DNA of 64,000 nucleotides from Cyanophora paradoxa CCMP329 (Eukaryota; Plantae; Glaucophyta), in NCBI GenBank assembly GCA_004431415.1, contig QPMI01000217.1, forward strand, positions 1-64,000. The letters are read 5' to 3'. The notes under the pieces were generated by a model. That model ran no database searches and was not told the origin of the DNA. It worked only from the letters and a program-made list of their open reading frames with translations. Positions 48,401 to 61,406 of the stretch are shown here, piece by piece (position 1 is the stretch's first letter; every line of letters starts with the position of its first letter). The position numbers and the translations under genes were made by a program.

Positions 48401-50355
48401 CGAGGTCCCCGAGGGCGCCCACCGCCCGGGGCCGCCAGCGCCGAGAGGTCGTACCCCCGGTCCGCGTCGGCGGCGGAGACGGCGCACGAGGCCGTCTCCC
48501 GCGCGATCAGCAGCTCCCCGGCCCGCTCCGCCCCGCCCGCCACCGCCGACCCCACCAGGCCCGTGATCTCCTCGGGCGGCCCGGCGGGGCCGGGGCCGTT
48601 GGCGGGGGCCGGAGGGCGAGGCGGGTGCGGGCGAGGGGCGCCCCGAGGGGCACGGGCCCGGCCTCCCCGCGCAGGATCGCCTCGCGCGGCACCTCGTGCG
48701 CCGTCGCCCACTGCCGAACCCATCGCGAGGAACAGCCGTCAGAGCGGGCCGGCGCTTCGAAAAGGAGTACAGGGAAGGAGCAGAGCGGGGCGGGGCTGGA
48801 GCTGCGCACGACGGAGATCTCGGTGGTGCCGTAGAGGTTGAAGACGCGGGCGCGGGCCGCCCCCGCCGGCCCCAGCCACGCCAGCAGCTCGCGGGGGGCC
48901 GGGCACGCCTCGCCCCCGAGCGCCAGCACCCGCAGCGGGCCCCGCTCCAGCGCACCCCGCACTCCCTCCTCTGCAGACGCTGAGGGGGAAAGGGAAAAGG
49001 GGAGGGGAGGCCGGCGCGCACGGGGGAGGCGGCGGAGGAAGGCGGGGGTGCACTGCAGCACGCTCACGCGGCGCGCCGCCAGCGCCGCCAGCAGACGCCC
49101 CGGCGCCACCTGCCCGGCCACCCGCTCAGGCAGAGGGACAGGGCCCGGGGCCGGGGACGAGGCGGGGCGCCTTGGCGGGGGGCTCGAGGACGAGGAGGGC
49201 GGCGCCGGCGCCCAGCGCCCCAAAGAGGTCGATCTGGCAGGGCCCCGTTCGCTGACGCGCGGCGCGGAGGGGAGGGCGGGGGCAGGGCGGCGCAGCACGG
49301 CGCACGACGGAGGGGTCGAAGCCTGCGGGCCGGGCGGGTCAGCGCGGGGCGGCGGGGCGGGGCGCTCGGGGCGGGGCGGGGCGGGGCGGACCGGGCGGGG
49401 AGGCGGCGAGGACGACGTCGGATGGGCGGAGGGCGAAGCGCGCGGAGAGGTCGGCCACGTTCGGCAGCGCGCACGCGTGCGGCACGAACACCTGCGCCGC
49501 CGCCCCCTCTCATCCGGCGGGCGGGGCGGGGGGCGGGGGCGGGGCGGGGGGCGGGCGCACGGCCTTGGGCTTGCCGGTGGTGCCGCTGGTGCACATGACG
49601 TACGCCAGGCCCTCCGGCAGCGGCCCGCCCACGTCCGCCCCGTCCCCGCCCTCTGCCCCGCCGCGGCGCCCCCCGTGAGCGCCCGACGCGGCGGTGGCGG
49701 CGAGGAGGGCGCGCCGATGGGCTCGGGGCGAAGGCCGCCGACGACGGAGCGGCGGAGGATCGAGAGGCCGATCCCGCGCTCCTGCGCCACGCCGCCCGCT
49801 CATGATCAGCGTCGGGGCGCGGCGGCGCGCGCGGGGCGGGCGCGGGGCGGGCGCGGGGCGGGCGGGACGGGCGCGCCCGCAGCTCGGAGCGGAGCTCGTC
49901 GCTGGGCGGGTCCTCGACGAGGACGTGACAGGCCCGCGTGCACTCGATGAGCTCCAGCAGCCGCCCCGGCCGGCTCGCCGGCAGCGGCGCGTAGGCCGCC
50001 CCCGCGCGGAGGATCCTGCCCGCCCGAGCGGCGCCCCAGCCCTCAGAGAGCGTCTTAGAGGCTGAGGGAGGCTCGCGCTAGCCCCCACGCACCCGAGGAT
50101 GCCCGCCACGAGCTCGAGGGGCCGGCTAAGCAGGAACGCGACCACGGGCATGTCGCCCGGCGCGACGTGGAGCGTTCGCCCCAGGTAGCCGCTGATGACC
50201 TCCGAAACGTTAAAGAGCTCCTCGTAGGTCCAGGAGGTGCCGGTCTCGGAAAGGATCGCCGTCGCCTCGGGCGTCGCGCGCGCCGACCGCTCGAAGCATT
50301 GATGCAGCCTCGTCGCTCCCGTCGCTGTGCTGCTCGGGAGCGAGCACACATCCAT
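45402..50355 (-). CDS. AASDH: AASDH/ACSF4-like NRPS-type protein (adenylation - phosphopantetheine carrier - PQQ-like beta-propeller); many exons
   Basis: A-domain motifs TYEEL, LRAGAAY, AYVMCTSGTTGKPK, LGGE, NLYGTTE, GELLI, GDL and GRADNLVK..GQRVRLEEV. Carrier DFF..AGGTSL (needs +1 G in a G-run near 47556). PQQ repeats IKSGA, IFSS, FVGAHDG, FSSP and VVGCRDD. Confidence 0.85.
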
Positions 50356-50438
50356 CGGCGCGCGGCCGAATTCCGGCCAAGTAGTGGCGCGAACTTGCGA
50401 ACGGGGGGTACCGGACGCTCGAAGAGGCCTCATCGCTG
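50356..50438. promoter_or_regulatory. Extremely short bidirectional promoter region (AASDH / TRP channel)
   Basis: Only 83 bp between the divergent predicted ATGs at 50355 and 50439. Confidence 0.5.
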
Positions 50439-53400
50439 ATGGCCGCCGGCTACGCGCCGGGCTACGGCGGGCTGCCCGGCCTTCCCGGGCTGCCTGTGCT
50501 CGACCCGAACGCCGATCTACCGCCCCTCTGGGCCGCTGCCGCCCGGGGCGATGCATCTCTTCTCAAGTGCGTGGCATTCAAATCGTGGCCGGCCGGGCGG
50601 CGCCCGGCTCCTGCGAGGGGCTCTAGCGATGATATAACTTACGAAGGCACTGACGGAGTCCGCCCCGCAGGCGCCTGCTGGCGTCCTATCCGCAGACCGT
50701 GAACGAGCCCTGGCGGCAGACGAACGTGATGCCTATCCAGGTGGCGGTGAAGGAAGGACACGTCGCCTGCGTGAGGTTAGACATGCTTTTGCGACCGCCA
50801 AGCCCGGGCGGGCCGCCCGTGAGAATCGCATCACAGGTTGCTGCTGAAGGCGCGGGCGGACATTACGTCGGAGAGCCCCATCGACCGGTGGGTCGCCTCG
50901 CGCTCTCCTGGCGTCTAGCAGCTTGACGCCGGGGCTGACGCCGGCCCCACAGCAAGAACCCGCTCTCCATCGCCGCCGCGGCCGGCAATGCGGAGATCTG
51001 CGAGTGCGTGCCCCCGGGGGCCCCGCCCGGCCGGCCGGGCGCTGAGCGGGCGCGGCGCAGGGCGATCCTGGCGGCGGCGGGCCCGTACGCGCGGGAGCTG
51101 ACGAACAAGCGGAACTCGGACGGGTCGACGCCGCTGCTGCTGGCGGCGCAGTTCGGGCACGGCCGGACGGTCGCCAAGCTCCTCGAGTACGGCGCCAACG
51201 CCCTCATCGTCGAGGAGGACGGCCTCTCCGTGCGCCCTCGACCCGCTCCCGCCCGCCCACCCGCCCGTCCGCCGAGCCTCGCCGACCGAGGCCGGCTGGC
51301 CGGCTGGGCGGGGCGCAGGCGATCGAGGTTGGGATCCGGGAGGCGAAGCGGGAGGTGGTGCAGGCGCTGGCGGCCGGCTCGCCGCTGCCGCCGGGGCGCG
51401 AGGCCGGCGTCGTGCGCGCCATCGTCGCGCTCTGCAAGGCCGACACGCCCGTCGAGGCGATCGTGAAGCAGCCCTCCGCCGGCCGCCTCAACATCGCCCT
51501 CATGATGCTCATCCAGGTCCCCTTCCCGCGCTCCTGCGCCCGGCGCTCGCCTCTGACCGGGCCCGCCGGCCCGCCCGCAGGCGAAGTGGCTGGTGACGAT
51601 GCGGCGGGTGGGGGCGGACGAGGGGCGGCACCTGGTGGAGCGGTGCACGAACGTGGCGCGGGAGGTGCTGGACGGGTACGAGGCCTACTACCAGCTCAAC
51701 GTCGACCGCCGCAAGTCCGGCTTCCGCTCTGTCGCCCAGATCGGCCCGCCCGCCCCTCCTCCGAGCCCCGCGCCCGCCCGCCCCGCCCCCTCTGAGGCGC
51801 GCCTGGCTCGCAGTGATGGAGGACGCGCTGAACGCGCACCAGGGGGGGGACGAGGGGGGCATCCGGCGCGCCCTCTCCGCCCTCGTCCCCAAGGTCGAGG
51901 GCCTCCCCCGCGAGTTCGCCCGCCTCCAGACCGACCTCTGGAACGGTCCGCCAGGCCGCCCCCCCGCTCGCCCGCTTGCCCGCCCCGGCGCCCTTCTTAC
52001 CTCCGGCAGTGTTCGCGGAGGGGCGGGCGCTGGGGCGGTCGGACCTGGGCCTGCGCGCCCGCGACGGCGTGCTGCGGTTCCTGGGGCGGCCCCGCGAGGA
52101 CGCCCACGAGGTCCTCAGCTTCACCTTCGAGCGCGGCCTCGAGCCGACGGCTAAGGCGCTGGCCGTCCGCTGCGGGGCGCCCGAGGTCATCTCCCACCCC
52201 TTCCTCACCCGCTACGTCCACGACGTCTGGTGGGGCAACGGCTACGAGGCACGCGCCGCCCTCCTCCCTTCCCCCCCGCCCCTCGCCCTTAGCCCCGGGC
52301 CCCGCGCAGGTTGACTTCCGGGAGGAGAAGGCGCTGAAGGAGAAGGTCGCCCGCACGCCCTTCTCCCGCACCGCCGCCGTCAAGTTCTTCCTCGACTCCG
52401 CCTTCTACGTCGCCCTCCTCGGCCTCCTCACCACAAGTGCGTCCGCCCCGCTCTGGAGGGCAGGGCGGGGCTGACGGGGCGGGCAGTCGTGGTGCGGCCG
52501 TACGGGCACGGGGTGGGCGTGGAGGCGGCCTTCTGGGCGATGGCCATCCTCTGGTGGATCTCCGAGATCCTCAAGGTCGCCTTCGTCGGGACGACCCAGT
52601 ACTCGGCGTCGATCTGGAACTGGCTCGACGCCATCATAAACATCGCGCGCCCCTTTCCCTTCCTCTATCCGATGTGAAGGCGGCGCGGCTGACGGTGCTC
52701 GCATCGCGGCGCAGCTGCTGTTCGTGGCGGCGGCGTGGCGGCTGGCGAACTGGGTGGCGGGGCTGAACGGGCCCAACGAGGGGTACAGCAAGGAGCTGCT
52801 GGCCGCCCTCACGATCCCCATGTACTTCCGCCTGCTCCCCGTCTTCGGCGTCTTCCGCCCCGTCGGCCACGCCATCGTCGTCATCGAGAAGGCCCGCCCC
52901 CGCCCGCCCGCCCGGCGCCACCGCCCGCCCGCCCCGGCCCCCCGCCGACCGGGCCGTCGCCGTGCTCAGATGGTGACGAACATCTTCACGGTGTCGTTCG
53001 TGATCGCGGTGGGCTTCTTCGGCTTCTCGGTGTGCATCACCTTCTTCCTCCAGCGCGGCGCCGGCGACGACGGGCCCGTCTGGATCTTCTTCAACAACAT
53101 GTCCGCTCTTATTCCTTGCTGTTCCCCCCCGCCCGCATGCCCGACCCTCCTCCTTCCCCCCGCCGCGCCGCAGGTGGTTCCTGTTCGAGAACACGGTGGG
53201 GGACATGCACTTCGACTCGAAGGTGGACGGGCTCTCCGTGACCGCCCTCCGCATGGTCCACCGCTGCATCAACGGCCTCGTCATGCTCTACCTCCTCGTC
53301 CGCGCCCCCGCCCCCGCCAGCTCCGGCCTCCCCCAGGCCTGACCTGCCCCCCGTTCCCTGCGCCAGATCGCGCTCTTCACGAACAGCGTGCACGAGGTGA

Positions 53401-56400
53401 TGTCGGCGGGGCGGACGGAGCAGGCGGCGCAGAAGGTCTACGTCTCCACGGCGCTCATGTACTCCTCCCGCTCCATCGTCACCATCCCGCCCTTCGGCGT
53501 GCTCTACCTCCCCTTCGCCATCCTCTGCTCGCCGACCCGCGCCGAGGCCGAGATGCGCCGCTTCTACGAGGCCATCATCTACTTGTCCGCACCCGCCCCC
53601 CTCCTCGCCCCGCGCGGCCGTCTTCTCGCCGCCCGACCCGCCCCGCTCACGCCGCCCCGCCCCGCCCCCGGCAGCATCCCTGACATGCTCTGGTACTGCG
53701 TCAAGTTCGTGTTCGGGTGCCTCTTCGCCGGCTGCGCCAACTTCTGGGAGGCCTGCGGCTGGTGCCGCTGCCGCCCCGCCTGGCAGGCACGAACTCCCCC
53801 AGTTCCTCCCCTGCCCCGGCTTCGCCTGAGGCGGTCCCGCGGGGCGCAGGACTTCCGGCGGTACGTGGTGCGCAACCCGAACAAGATGCCCAACGACGGC
53901 CACCCCGCCCTCCGCGCCGTCCGCCCGCCCCCGCCTCCGCCCCTCTCCGCCTTCTGACGCCCCCGCAGCGTGTGCCCTCGGTGATGGTCCCCCCGGGCGC
54001 CCTCGCCGGCTCCCGCCAGGCCGCCGCCCGCGCCGCCGCCGTCGCCGCCTCCGCACCCAAGCTCGGCGCCATCCCCCGCCTCGCCCTCCCGCCCCTCGCC
54101 GCCCCGCCGCCCCGATGGCCATGATGGCTCAGGCCCCGCCCCAGCCGCGCCTCTCCTTCAGCTACGCGGCGCCGGCCAAGGCCCCGCAGCTGCCGCCCGT
54201 CCAGTTCAGCGCTCCCGCGCCGGCGCCGGCGCCGGTGACCTTCCAGGCGCCGGCGCAGCCGCAGGCGCCGCTGCCGCCGCAGGGGACGTACGGGCCGCCC
54301 TACGGCGGCAGCGTCTTCGACGTCTCGCCCTCCGCGCACGACGGCTCCCTCCAGCAGCAGCAGCAGCGCGGCTTCGAGCTGCCCCCTAACGCGTATGAGC
54401 GGCCCCGCTACGAGGCGGGCCCGCCCCAGGGCCGCGGCGCCGCCTACGCGGTGCCGGCCGGCCCGGAGGGCGGCCCGGGTGCGCGGGCCGCGGACGGACG
54501 GGCGAGTCGGGGCGCCGGAGCGGGATGTCGGAGCGGGACGACGACGGGATCATGGACTCGATCGGGCGCTGGTTCAAGGACGACCTCATGCCCGTCTTCA
54601 CGGGGCGCACGCCGGAGCGCCGCTCCCGCCGCGACCGCGACGGCCGCTCCTCCGGCGGCCGCCCCTCCTCCGCCGCCCCCGCCCCCGCCGCCGGCAGCGC
54701 CTCCGCCTACGGCGGCGCCCCCGGGTACGGGAGCGCCTCGGGGTACGAGCCGGCGGGGCGGACGGGCGCTACAGCGCGGGGCGCATCTCGCGCGCCAGCG
54801 TCCCGCCGACCCCTACGGCTCCTACGGGCGGCCCTCCTCCGCCCGCTCCCTCTCCGCGCCCCCGCCCCAGGCCCAGGGCGGCGCCGTCCCGCCGCCCCGC
54901 CCCGCCGCCCTTCGCGCGGCCGCGCAGCGCGGGAACCTGCAGGCGCTGGAGTACCAGGGCGAGTACGACACGGGGTACGCCCCGCGTTCGCCGCCGCGGA
55001 CCCTGAGCGGGACGCGGCGGCGGTGGCGGCTGCCTGCACGGGCTCGTCGGCCCTCCCCGGCTGGGACCTACCCGGCGACCCGCCGGCCCCGCCGCCCCGC
55101 TGCCCCGCCTCCTCCCCGCCGTCTTCTCCGCCCGCGTCGCCCGGCGCGAGCTCGAGACGGGCGGCGCGGCGGCGATGCGGCCGGCCTCGTACGGCGGGTT
55201 CGAGGCCCCGGCGCAGGGCTACGAGGCGTACGGGCAGCAGCAGGCGGGCCAGTACGCGGAGCAGGGTACTACGGCGGGGGCGGGGGCGCGGGGCCGCAGT
55301 CGGAGGCGGCGCTCGCGCAGTCGCTCGTCGCGGGGGCCCTCCAGCAGCAGGCCCAGGCGCAGGCGCAGGCGGAGTACGAGCAGCAGGCGGCCGCCTACGA
55401 CTCCTACGGCGCCTCGCAGGCCGCCGGGCCCTACCCAGGCTACGCCGCCAGCATCGCCCTCGCCACGGGGCCCGGCCCGCCGCCCGCCCGCCCACCGCCC
55501 GCCGCGCCTACTCCGGCGCCGCCACGCCCGTGCCGATGGCGCCGATGACGGCGTGCGGCACGTCGGCCGCCTCGGCGCAGGCGGCCGTCGCCGAGGCGCT
55601 CGCCCTCTCCACGGGGCGCGCCGTCCCGCCGCCCTCGCCGGGGCGCATCGCCGCCGCCGGCCCCGCCCCGACCCTCCAGCAGCAGCTCCAGGCGCAGGCG
55701 CAGGCGCTGAACCACACCGCCAAGGTCCCCGCCGTGCCACCCTCGCCCGGCCGCCTGTCCGCCGTGCCGCCGGCGCCGCCGCAGGCGCAGCAGGCGCAGC
55801 TGCAGGCGCAGCTGCAGCAGCTGCAGGCGCAGCAGTACGCGCAGCAGCTGCAGCAGCAGCAGCTGCAGGCGCAGTTCCAGCAGGCGGCCGGGCCGCTGGA
55901 CCTGTCGGACGTCGAGGTGGAGGAGGAGCCGTGGGACGAGGAGGACGCGGACCGCGTCGAGGACGCGTACCGCGCCTACTTCTCCCTGCCCGACCTCTCC
56001 GCGGGGCCCCGCGCCGTGCGGCCCGAGGACCTGCCCGAGCCGTACGTCGACCTCGTCACCCCTGCCGCCGACCGCGACGAGACCGACAAGGACGCCGTCT
56101 CCTGTGCGCCCCGCGCCCTCCTTCTCTTCTTGTTAGTTTTCGGCGCCGCCTGACGGGGCCCGCAGCGTACGTGCAGGACGAGATCATGGCGCGGCGGCCG
56201 GCGGCGGCGTCGCGCAAGCAGACCCCCGCGCAGCGGGCGCGGGCCCTGCGCGGCCTCGCGCGGCGCCTGGACGCGCTGGCGGCGGGGCAGGCGCGCCTCG
56301 CCGAGGCCGTCGCCCGCGTCCAGCTCTCCCAGGCCCAGCTCGCCCTCCAGCTCGCCTCCCCGGGCGGGCCCACCGGCGCCGCCCGCTCGCTACCCGGCGG

Positions 56401-56970
56401 GGCCGGCGGGCCGGCGGGCACCATCGTGGCGCGCGTGATCGAGGCGCGGGGCCTGAAGAGCGAGGACTGGCTGGGCAAGAGCGACCCGTACGCCCTCCTC
56501 AAGGTCGGCAACCGCACGAAGCGCACCAAGACGATCAGCAACACGACGAGCCCCGTCTGGAACGAGGAGATCGCCGTGTACGCCCCGGCGCCCGCCCGTG
56601 GCGCGGCCCTTCCCCACAGCCGCCGCTTACGGCGCCTCCCTCCCTCCGCGCCCCCGCAGGGAGTTCTCGAACGGGCCCGGGGAGCAGGAGGTGGTGCTGC
56701 AGCTGTGGGACGAGGACGTGGGCATGCCGGACGACTTCCTCGGGCAGGCCAAGCTCCCCGCCGCCCAGCTCCTCTCCGGCGCCCCCCTCGACCAGTGGCT
56801 GCCCCTCACCTCCTCCGACGGCCGCTCCGCCGTCCAGGGCCAGGTCCGCCCTTTGTGTACCCCCTCTCCTCCCTCCCTCTCCCCTCACGCGCGCGCGCGC
56901 GCCCCCGCAGGTGCACGTCGTCTTCCAGTACGTACCCGGCGGCAAGCCGGCCCCGCGCCCCTTCAAGTGA
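50439..56970 (+). CDS. Ankyrin-repeat TRP cation channel with a long P/Q/Y-rich tail, coiled coil and C-terminal C2 domain
   Basis: Ankyrins (PLWAAAARGD, PIQVAVKEGH, PLSIAAAAGN, TPLLLAAQFGH), pre-S1 (ISHP..YVHDVWWG), SIWNWLD, FRLLPVFGVFRPVG..IEKM, S6 LYLL|IALFTNSV and post-TRP-box IPPF. C2: VIEARGL..SDPY..T.SPVWNE..LWDED..DDFLG. Stop at 56968-56970. The tail needs a few indel corrections. Confidence 0.8.
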
Positions 56971-57161
56971 AGGCCCCGCACCCCCCGGCGCATTCCCCCC
57001 AGCTCTTCATAGCGTGCCCAGCTTAGGTCGACCAGGCTGTTTATGTAGCGTGCCGCCCCCTCTGCGTTTCTTGCGATATCGATTTTACATCGCGCCACTC
57101 TACCGGACGGGAGGGAGCAGCATCTGCCGGGGGCGGGCCGGGGCGGGGGCGGGGCGGGGCG

Positions 57162-58587
57162 TCACTGGCCGGGGACGCCCTGGTCGCCCAGGTCGATGCC
57201 GAGGGCGGGGAGGAAGTTGGCCCCGAGGGCCTCGATGAGGGTCTGGTGGGGCACGCCCTGCGCCACCGCCTGGTGCAGCAGCCGCAGCAGCCGCCGCCGC
57301 GGCTCGCTCGCCTTCTCCGGCTCTGCCCCCGCCTCAGATCGAGCCCCCGGGGCGGAGGGATGGGGCGCCGGGGGCGGTGGGTGGGGGCGGGGCGCACCAC
57401 GGTACATTGGGAGAGGGCTTTCGGAGCGCCGGGGGGAGCTCTGCCGCGAGACGCGCACGCGGCCCGTCGCGCCGTCCGCCGTCGCCGTGAAGCCCTCTGC
57501 GCGGCGGCGGCCTCGAGCTCAGCGGGCCGCGCGCGCGGCGGGCGGGGGCGGGTGCGGGGGCGGGGGCGGGGGCACCGACGGGGACGCCGGCGAGGAGGAC
57601 GAGGGAGACGCATGTGTAGAAGAGGTCGTCCGCGTCCTGCCGCGTCGTCCGCCCCTCCAGCCGCACCCGCATCGCCCCGCCCACCGCCAGCGTCCCCCGC
57701 GCCCCGAAGCTGAACCGCTGTCGCTCCGATGTCCGCGCGCACTCGAACGGGCCCGCGGAGGCACTCCAGCTCCCTGCGCGCCCCGCGCTTCAGCGGGCGC
57801 GAACGGGCCGCCCGCGCAGGAGGATCGCGAGCGGGAGCACCGTTGCCGGGGCCGAAATCGAACGCGACGCGCTTCGGCGCGTAGATGGGAGACCCTCGCT
57901 GCCAGTGCGCCTCGTAGATGTCGATGGAGGCGTGCTTCACGATCGCCAGGCTCGGCGTCTTGTACGTGAGGTGCTCGCTCGACTCCGCATCCGCGTTCCC
58001 TGTGCTGGACCAGTACGAGCTCTCACGGATATCTGCAGTGTGGCGCGAGTCGAGAGTGTTCACGATGCCCTCCGTGTCCTCGTGGTCTGCACAGCAGTGT
58101 CAAGCGGCGCTCTAACTCCAGAAACGTGGGGCATGAAGTCCGCATCAGGCCCACGAAGGATTGCGTTCGGCAAAGAATCGTGACATAAAGAAGTTTATAG
58201 AGCTATTCGGCATACTGCTATGGGGGTCGCCGGAAAGGGTCGCCGAAGAGGGTCGCCTGCAAATCTAGACAGCGCAGGAGTGGAGCGCGAACCGGTGCTG
58301 GATGCCTCGATCACCCCACAAATGCAGCTGCGCAGCTCGGAGACTGCCGCCGCCCTGTGCGCGGCCTGGAAGAGCGGACGCCAGTCGTCCTCCGTGTCGA
58401 CGTCCGAATTTTGCAGGGCGGGGAAGTTCTTGAAGCACAGCGCCTGCCATAGATGCGGCTGATCTGCGAGCCGGTGCAGGGAGGTGCAGGTCGCCGAGAC
58501 GGAAACGAGGTCGTTGGCGCCCAGGAACTCCAGCACGTGGCTCTGCAGCTCTTCAGGTAGCGAGAGGAAGTCTACGCAGTCCGACAT
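57162..58587 (-). CDS. F-box protein resembling the plant At4g00755-type family
   Basis: N-terminal F-box LSLPEELQSHVLEFLGANDLVSVSATCTSLHRL..LW. C-terminal EASST, SYWSSTG, E.LTY, QRGSPIYAPKRV.F and LEGRTTRQDADDLFYTCVS. Confidence 0.8.
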
Positions 58588-58786
58588 GCTGCTCTGGTGC
58601 CTCTGACCTACGACGGCCCGCGTTGCCGCCTCTACCCCGCGCAGCGTCCTCGCCTCTACCCCGGAGCCTGGCTTCAGTTTCGCTCCAAGCGGGAAGTCGA
58701 CGAACGGCCAGGCGCCGGAGCGCTTAGAAGATAACGAGGAACCGACCGGAGGCCTCCGAAAGGGGGCGACCCGCGGCGCGGCGACG

Positions 58787-61406
58787 ATGTCTCGCCAGCC
58801 GAGCGGCCTCACGGCCGGGGACCTCCGGCACATTCTCATAAACTTCTTCAACAAGCGCGGCTTTCAGTCGGTCGCCGCCCAGCTGGAGAATGAATTCCCG
58901 CGGGTGCAGGGCGTGGAGGACATGACACGCAGCCTGGCAATGGACGCGCAGGAGCTAGCTTGCCAGATTCTAAGCTTCAACAACATGGACAACGACCCGG
59001 CGCGGTACCAGCAGAGCTACGGCGAAGTGCGCGAGTGGATCCACCAGTCGCTCGAGATCTACAAGGTTCGCGCCCCGCTAAGCGCCTTTCGCCCGCTGCC
59101 GCTTGCGTGCGGGAGCGGCGGCCCACGCCTCGGCGTTCTCCGCCGCCGGCGGACGCGCCGCTCAACTGATGTCCACGCTCGCATCGCGCAGGGCGAGCTC
59201 CTCGCCATCCTCTACCCCATCTTCGCGCACTGCTTCCTGGAGCTAATCGAGCGCGGCTACATACAGGAGGGTGCGGCCCGGGCGCCGCTGCCGGCGCGCC
59301 GGCGCCGCCACGCGTGCGGTTGACGGGGGCGGGCGGCGCAGCGCACGACTTCTTGGCGAAGTGCCGGGAGGAGCACGAGCACGGGCACGGGATCGAGCTG
59401 CATGCGCTGCAGGCGGTGAACGACCGGCAGCACCTGGAGGAGAACGAGATCGCGTACAACCTGCGGACGGAGAAGGCGAGCGTGCGGATGTGCCAGTACA
59501 GCTACAACCTGCTCCTCGCCTTCCTCCACCAGTCGCGCCTCATGCTCATCGTCTCCATCCTCAACCAGCACGTCGACATCCGGAGTGCGCCCCGCCCCGC
59601 CCTGCCCCCGCCCTGCCCTGCCCCGTCCCGCCCCGCCCCGCCGGCCGCGCGGGCACTAGCTAATGGGCGGCAGCGTACCCCGGGTTCCCGTCGGCGATCG
59701 GGGAGGACGAGCCCGGGGCGGCGTCGAGCTTCCTGGAGCGGGAGCACTCGTCCATCAACAAGCGGGAGATCCACTGGGGCACCCTCGCCCCGGAGCCCCG
59801 CGTCGACAAGGACAAGGAGAAGGAGAAGGAGAAGGACAAGAAGAAGGACGACAAGGAGGGCGACAAGGACGTGCGCGCCCCCCGCCGGGGTACACCCCCG
59901 CCCGCCGGCGCCTGACGCGGGGGCCGGCAGGGCGGGGCGGGGGCGGGCCCGTCGGGGGCGGCGGGGCCGGAAGGGAAGGAGAAGGAGGACAAGGAGAAGG
60001 GGAAGGACGAGAAGGAGAAGGGGAAGGAGAAGGCGGAGGGCGGGGGCAAGCGGGCCAAGAAAGAGGACCCCAAGGCCGCCGCCGCGCACGCCGCCGTCGC
60101 CAAGAACAGGATACCCCTCCCGCCCAAGTGCGCCGCTCGTCCAGCCCCGCGGCGCGCGAGACACGTAGCGAGGGGGCGGGCGGGGGCAGCTGGGAGGAGC
60201 TGCGGCGGGAGGAGTTCGAGGAGGCGCGGCGGGCGGCGGCGCTCTCCGCCAAGGCCCTCCCCTCCGTCTGCTTCCACACTTTCCTCAACGCCGGCAACTC
60301 GTCCGCCCCGCCCCGCCCCGCCGGCCCTCTCCCGCCCCGCCCGAGCCGTGGGGGCAGGCTGCACGGGGTGGAGTTCAGCGCCGACTCGCGCCTGGCGGCG
60401 GCCTCCCTCGCCGACTCCTCCCTCTCCCTCTTCTGCCTCGACCCCCAGGCCCGCCCCGCCCCGCCCCGCCCCGCCGGCGCGGCGCGGCGCCCCGGCTGAA
60501 CCCCCGCAGGTCTCGTCGACGCTGGAGCTGTTCGCGGGGGCGGGGGCGGGGGAGGGGCGCGGGGCGGGGGCCCCGGGGGAGGCGGGAGCGCCCGTGCGGC
60601 TGGTGGGGCACGCCGGCCCCGTCTACAGCGCCTCGTTCAGCCCCGACAATCGCTTCCTCCTCTCCGCCTCGGAGGACGCGACGGTGCGCCTCTGGAGCCT
60701 CGAGCTCGGGGCCAACCTCGTCGCCTACCGCGGCCACAACTACCCCGTCTGGTCCGTCGACTTCAGCCCCGTCGGCTACTACTTCGCGACGGGCGGGTAC
60801 GACCGCACGGGGCGGATCTGGTCGAGCGACTACCCGTACCCCCTGCGGATCCTGGCGGGCCACCTGTCGGACGTGGACGTGGTCAAGTTCCACCCGAACT
60901 GCAACTACGTGGCGACGGGCTCGACGGACCGCTCGGTGCGGCTGTGGGACGTGCAGTCGGGGGAATGCGTGCGCATCTTCACGGGCCACAAGGGCCCCGT
61001 CCACGCCCTCGCCTTCAGCCCCGACGGGCAGTACCTCGCCTCGGCCGGAGAGGACCGCGACGTCTTCATCTGGGACCTCGGCGGCGGCCGCCGCGTCGAG
61101 CACATGCCGGGGCACGAGAAGACCGTCTGGTCCCTCGACTGGTCCCGCGACGGCCGCCTCCTCGCCTCGGGCTCCGCCGACGCCACCGTGCGCCTCTGGG
61201 ACCCCCTCAAGGGCCGCCAGCTCTCCACGTCCGCCCCCCGCCCGCCCCGCCCCGCCCCAGCCCCTCGCGCCTCACCCTCTTGCAGGGAGCGGGACACGCT
61301 GCTGAAGACGTTCCGGACGAAGTCGACGCCGGTCTTCGCGACGCGCTTCGCCCGCCGCAACGTCCTCCTCGCCGCCGGGCCCTACCAGGGCAACGACCGC
61401 CCCTAG
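58787..61406 (+). CDS. TAF5: TFIID subunit 5 (NTD2 + WD40 repeats)
   Basis: YQQSYGEVREWIHQSLEIYK|GELLAILYPIFAHCFLEL (NTD2), ALPSVCFHTFLN, and WD40 repeats GHAGPVY, YRGHNYPVWSVDFSP.GYYFATG, LRILAGHLSDVDVVKFHPNCNYVATGSTD; C-terminal TKSTPV. Confidence 0.95.

Noticed and set aside
45402-50355. Secondary-metabolite NRPS cluster
   Set aside because: The A-T-PQQ architecture is the widely conserved standalone AASDH, and there are no condensation or tailoring genes nearby.
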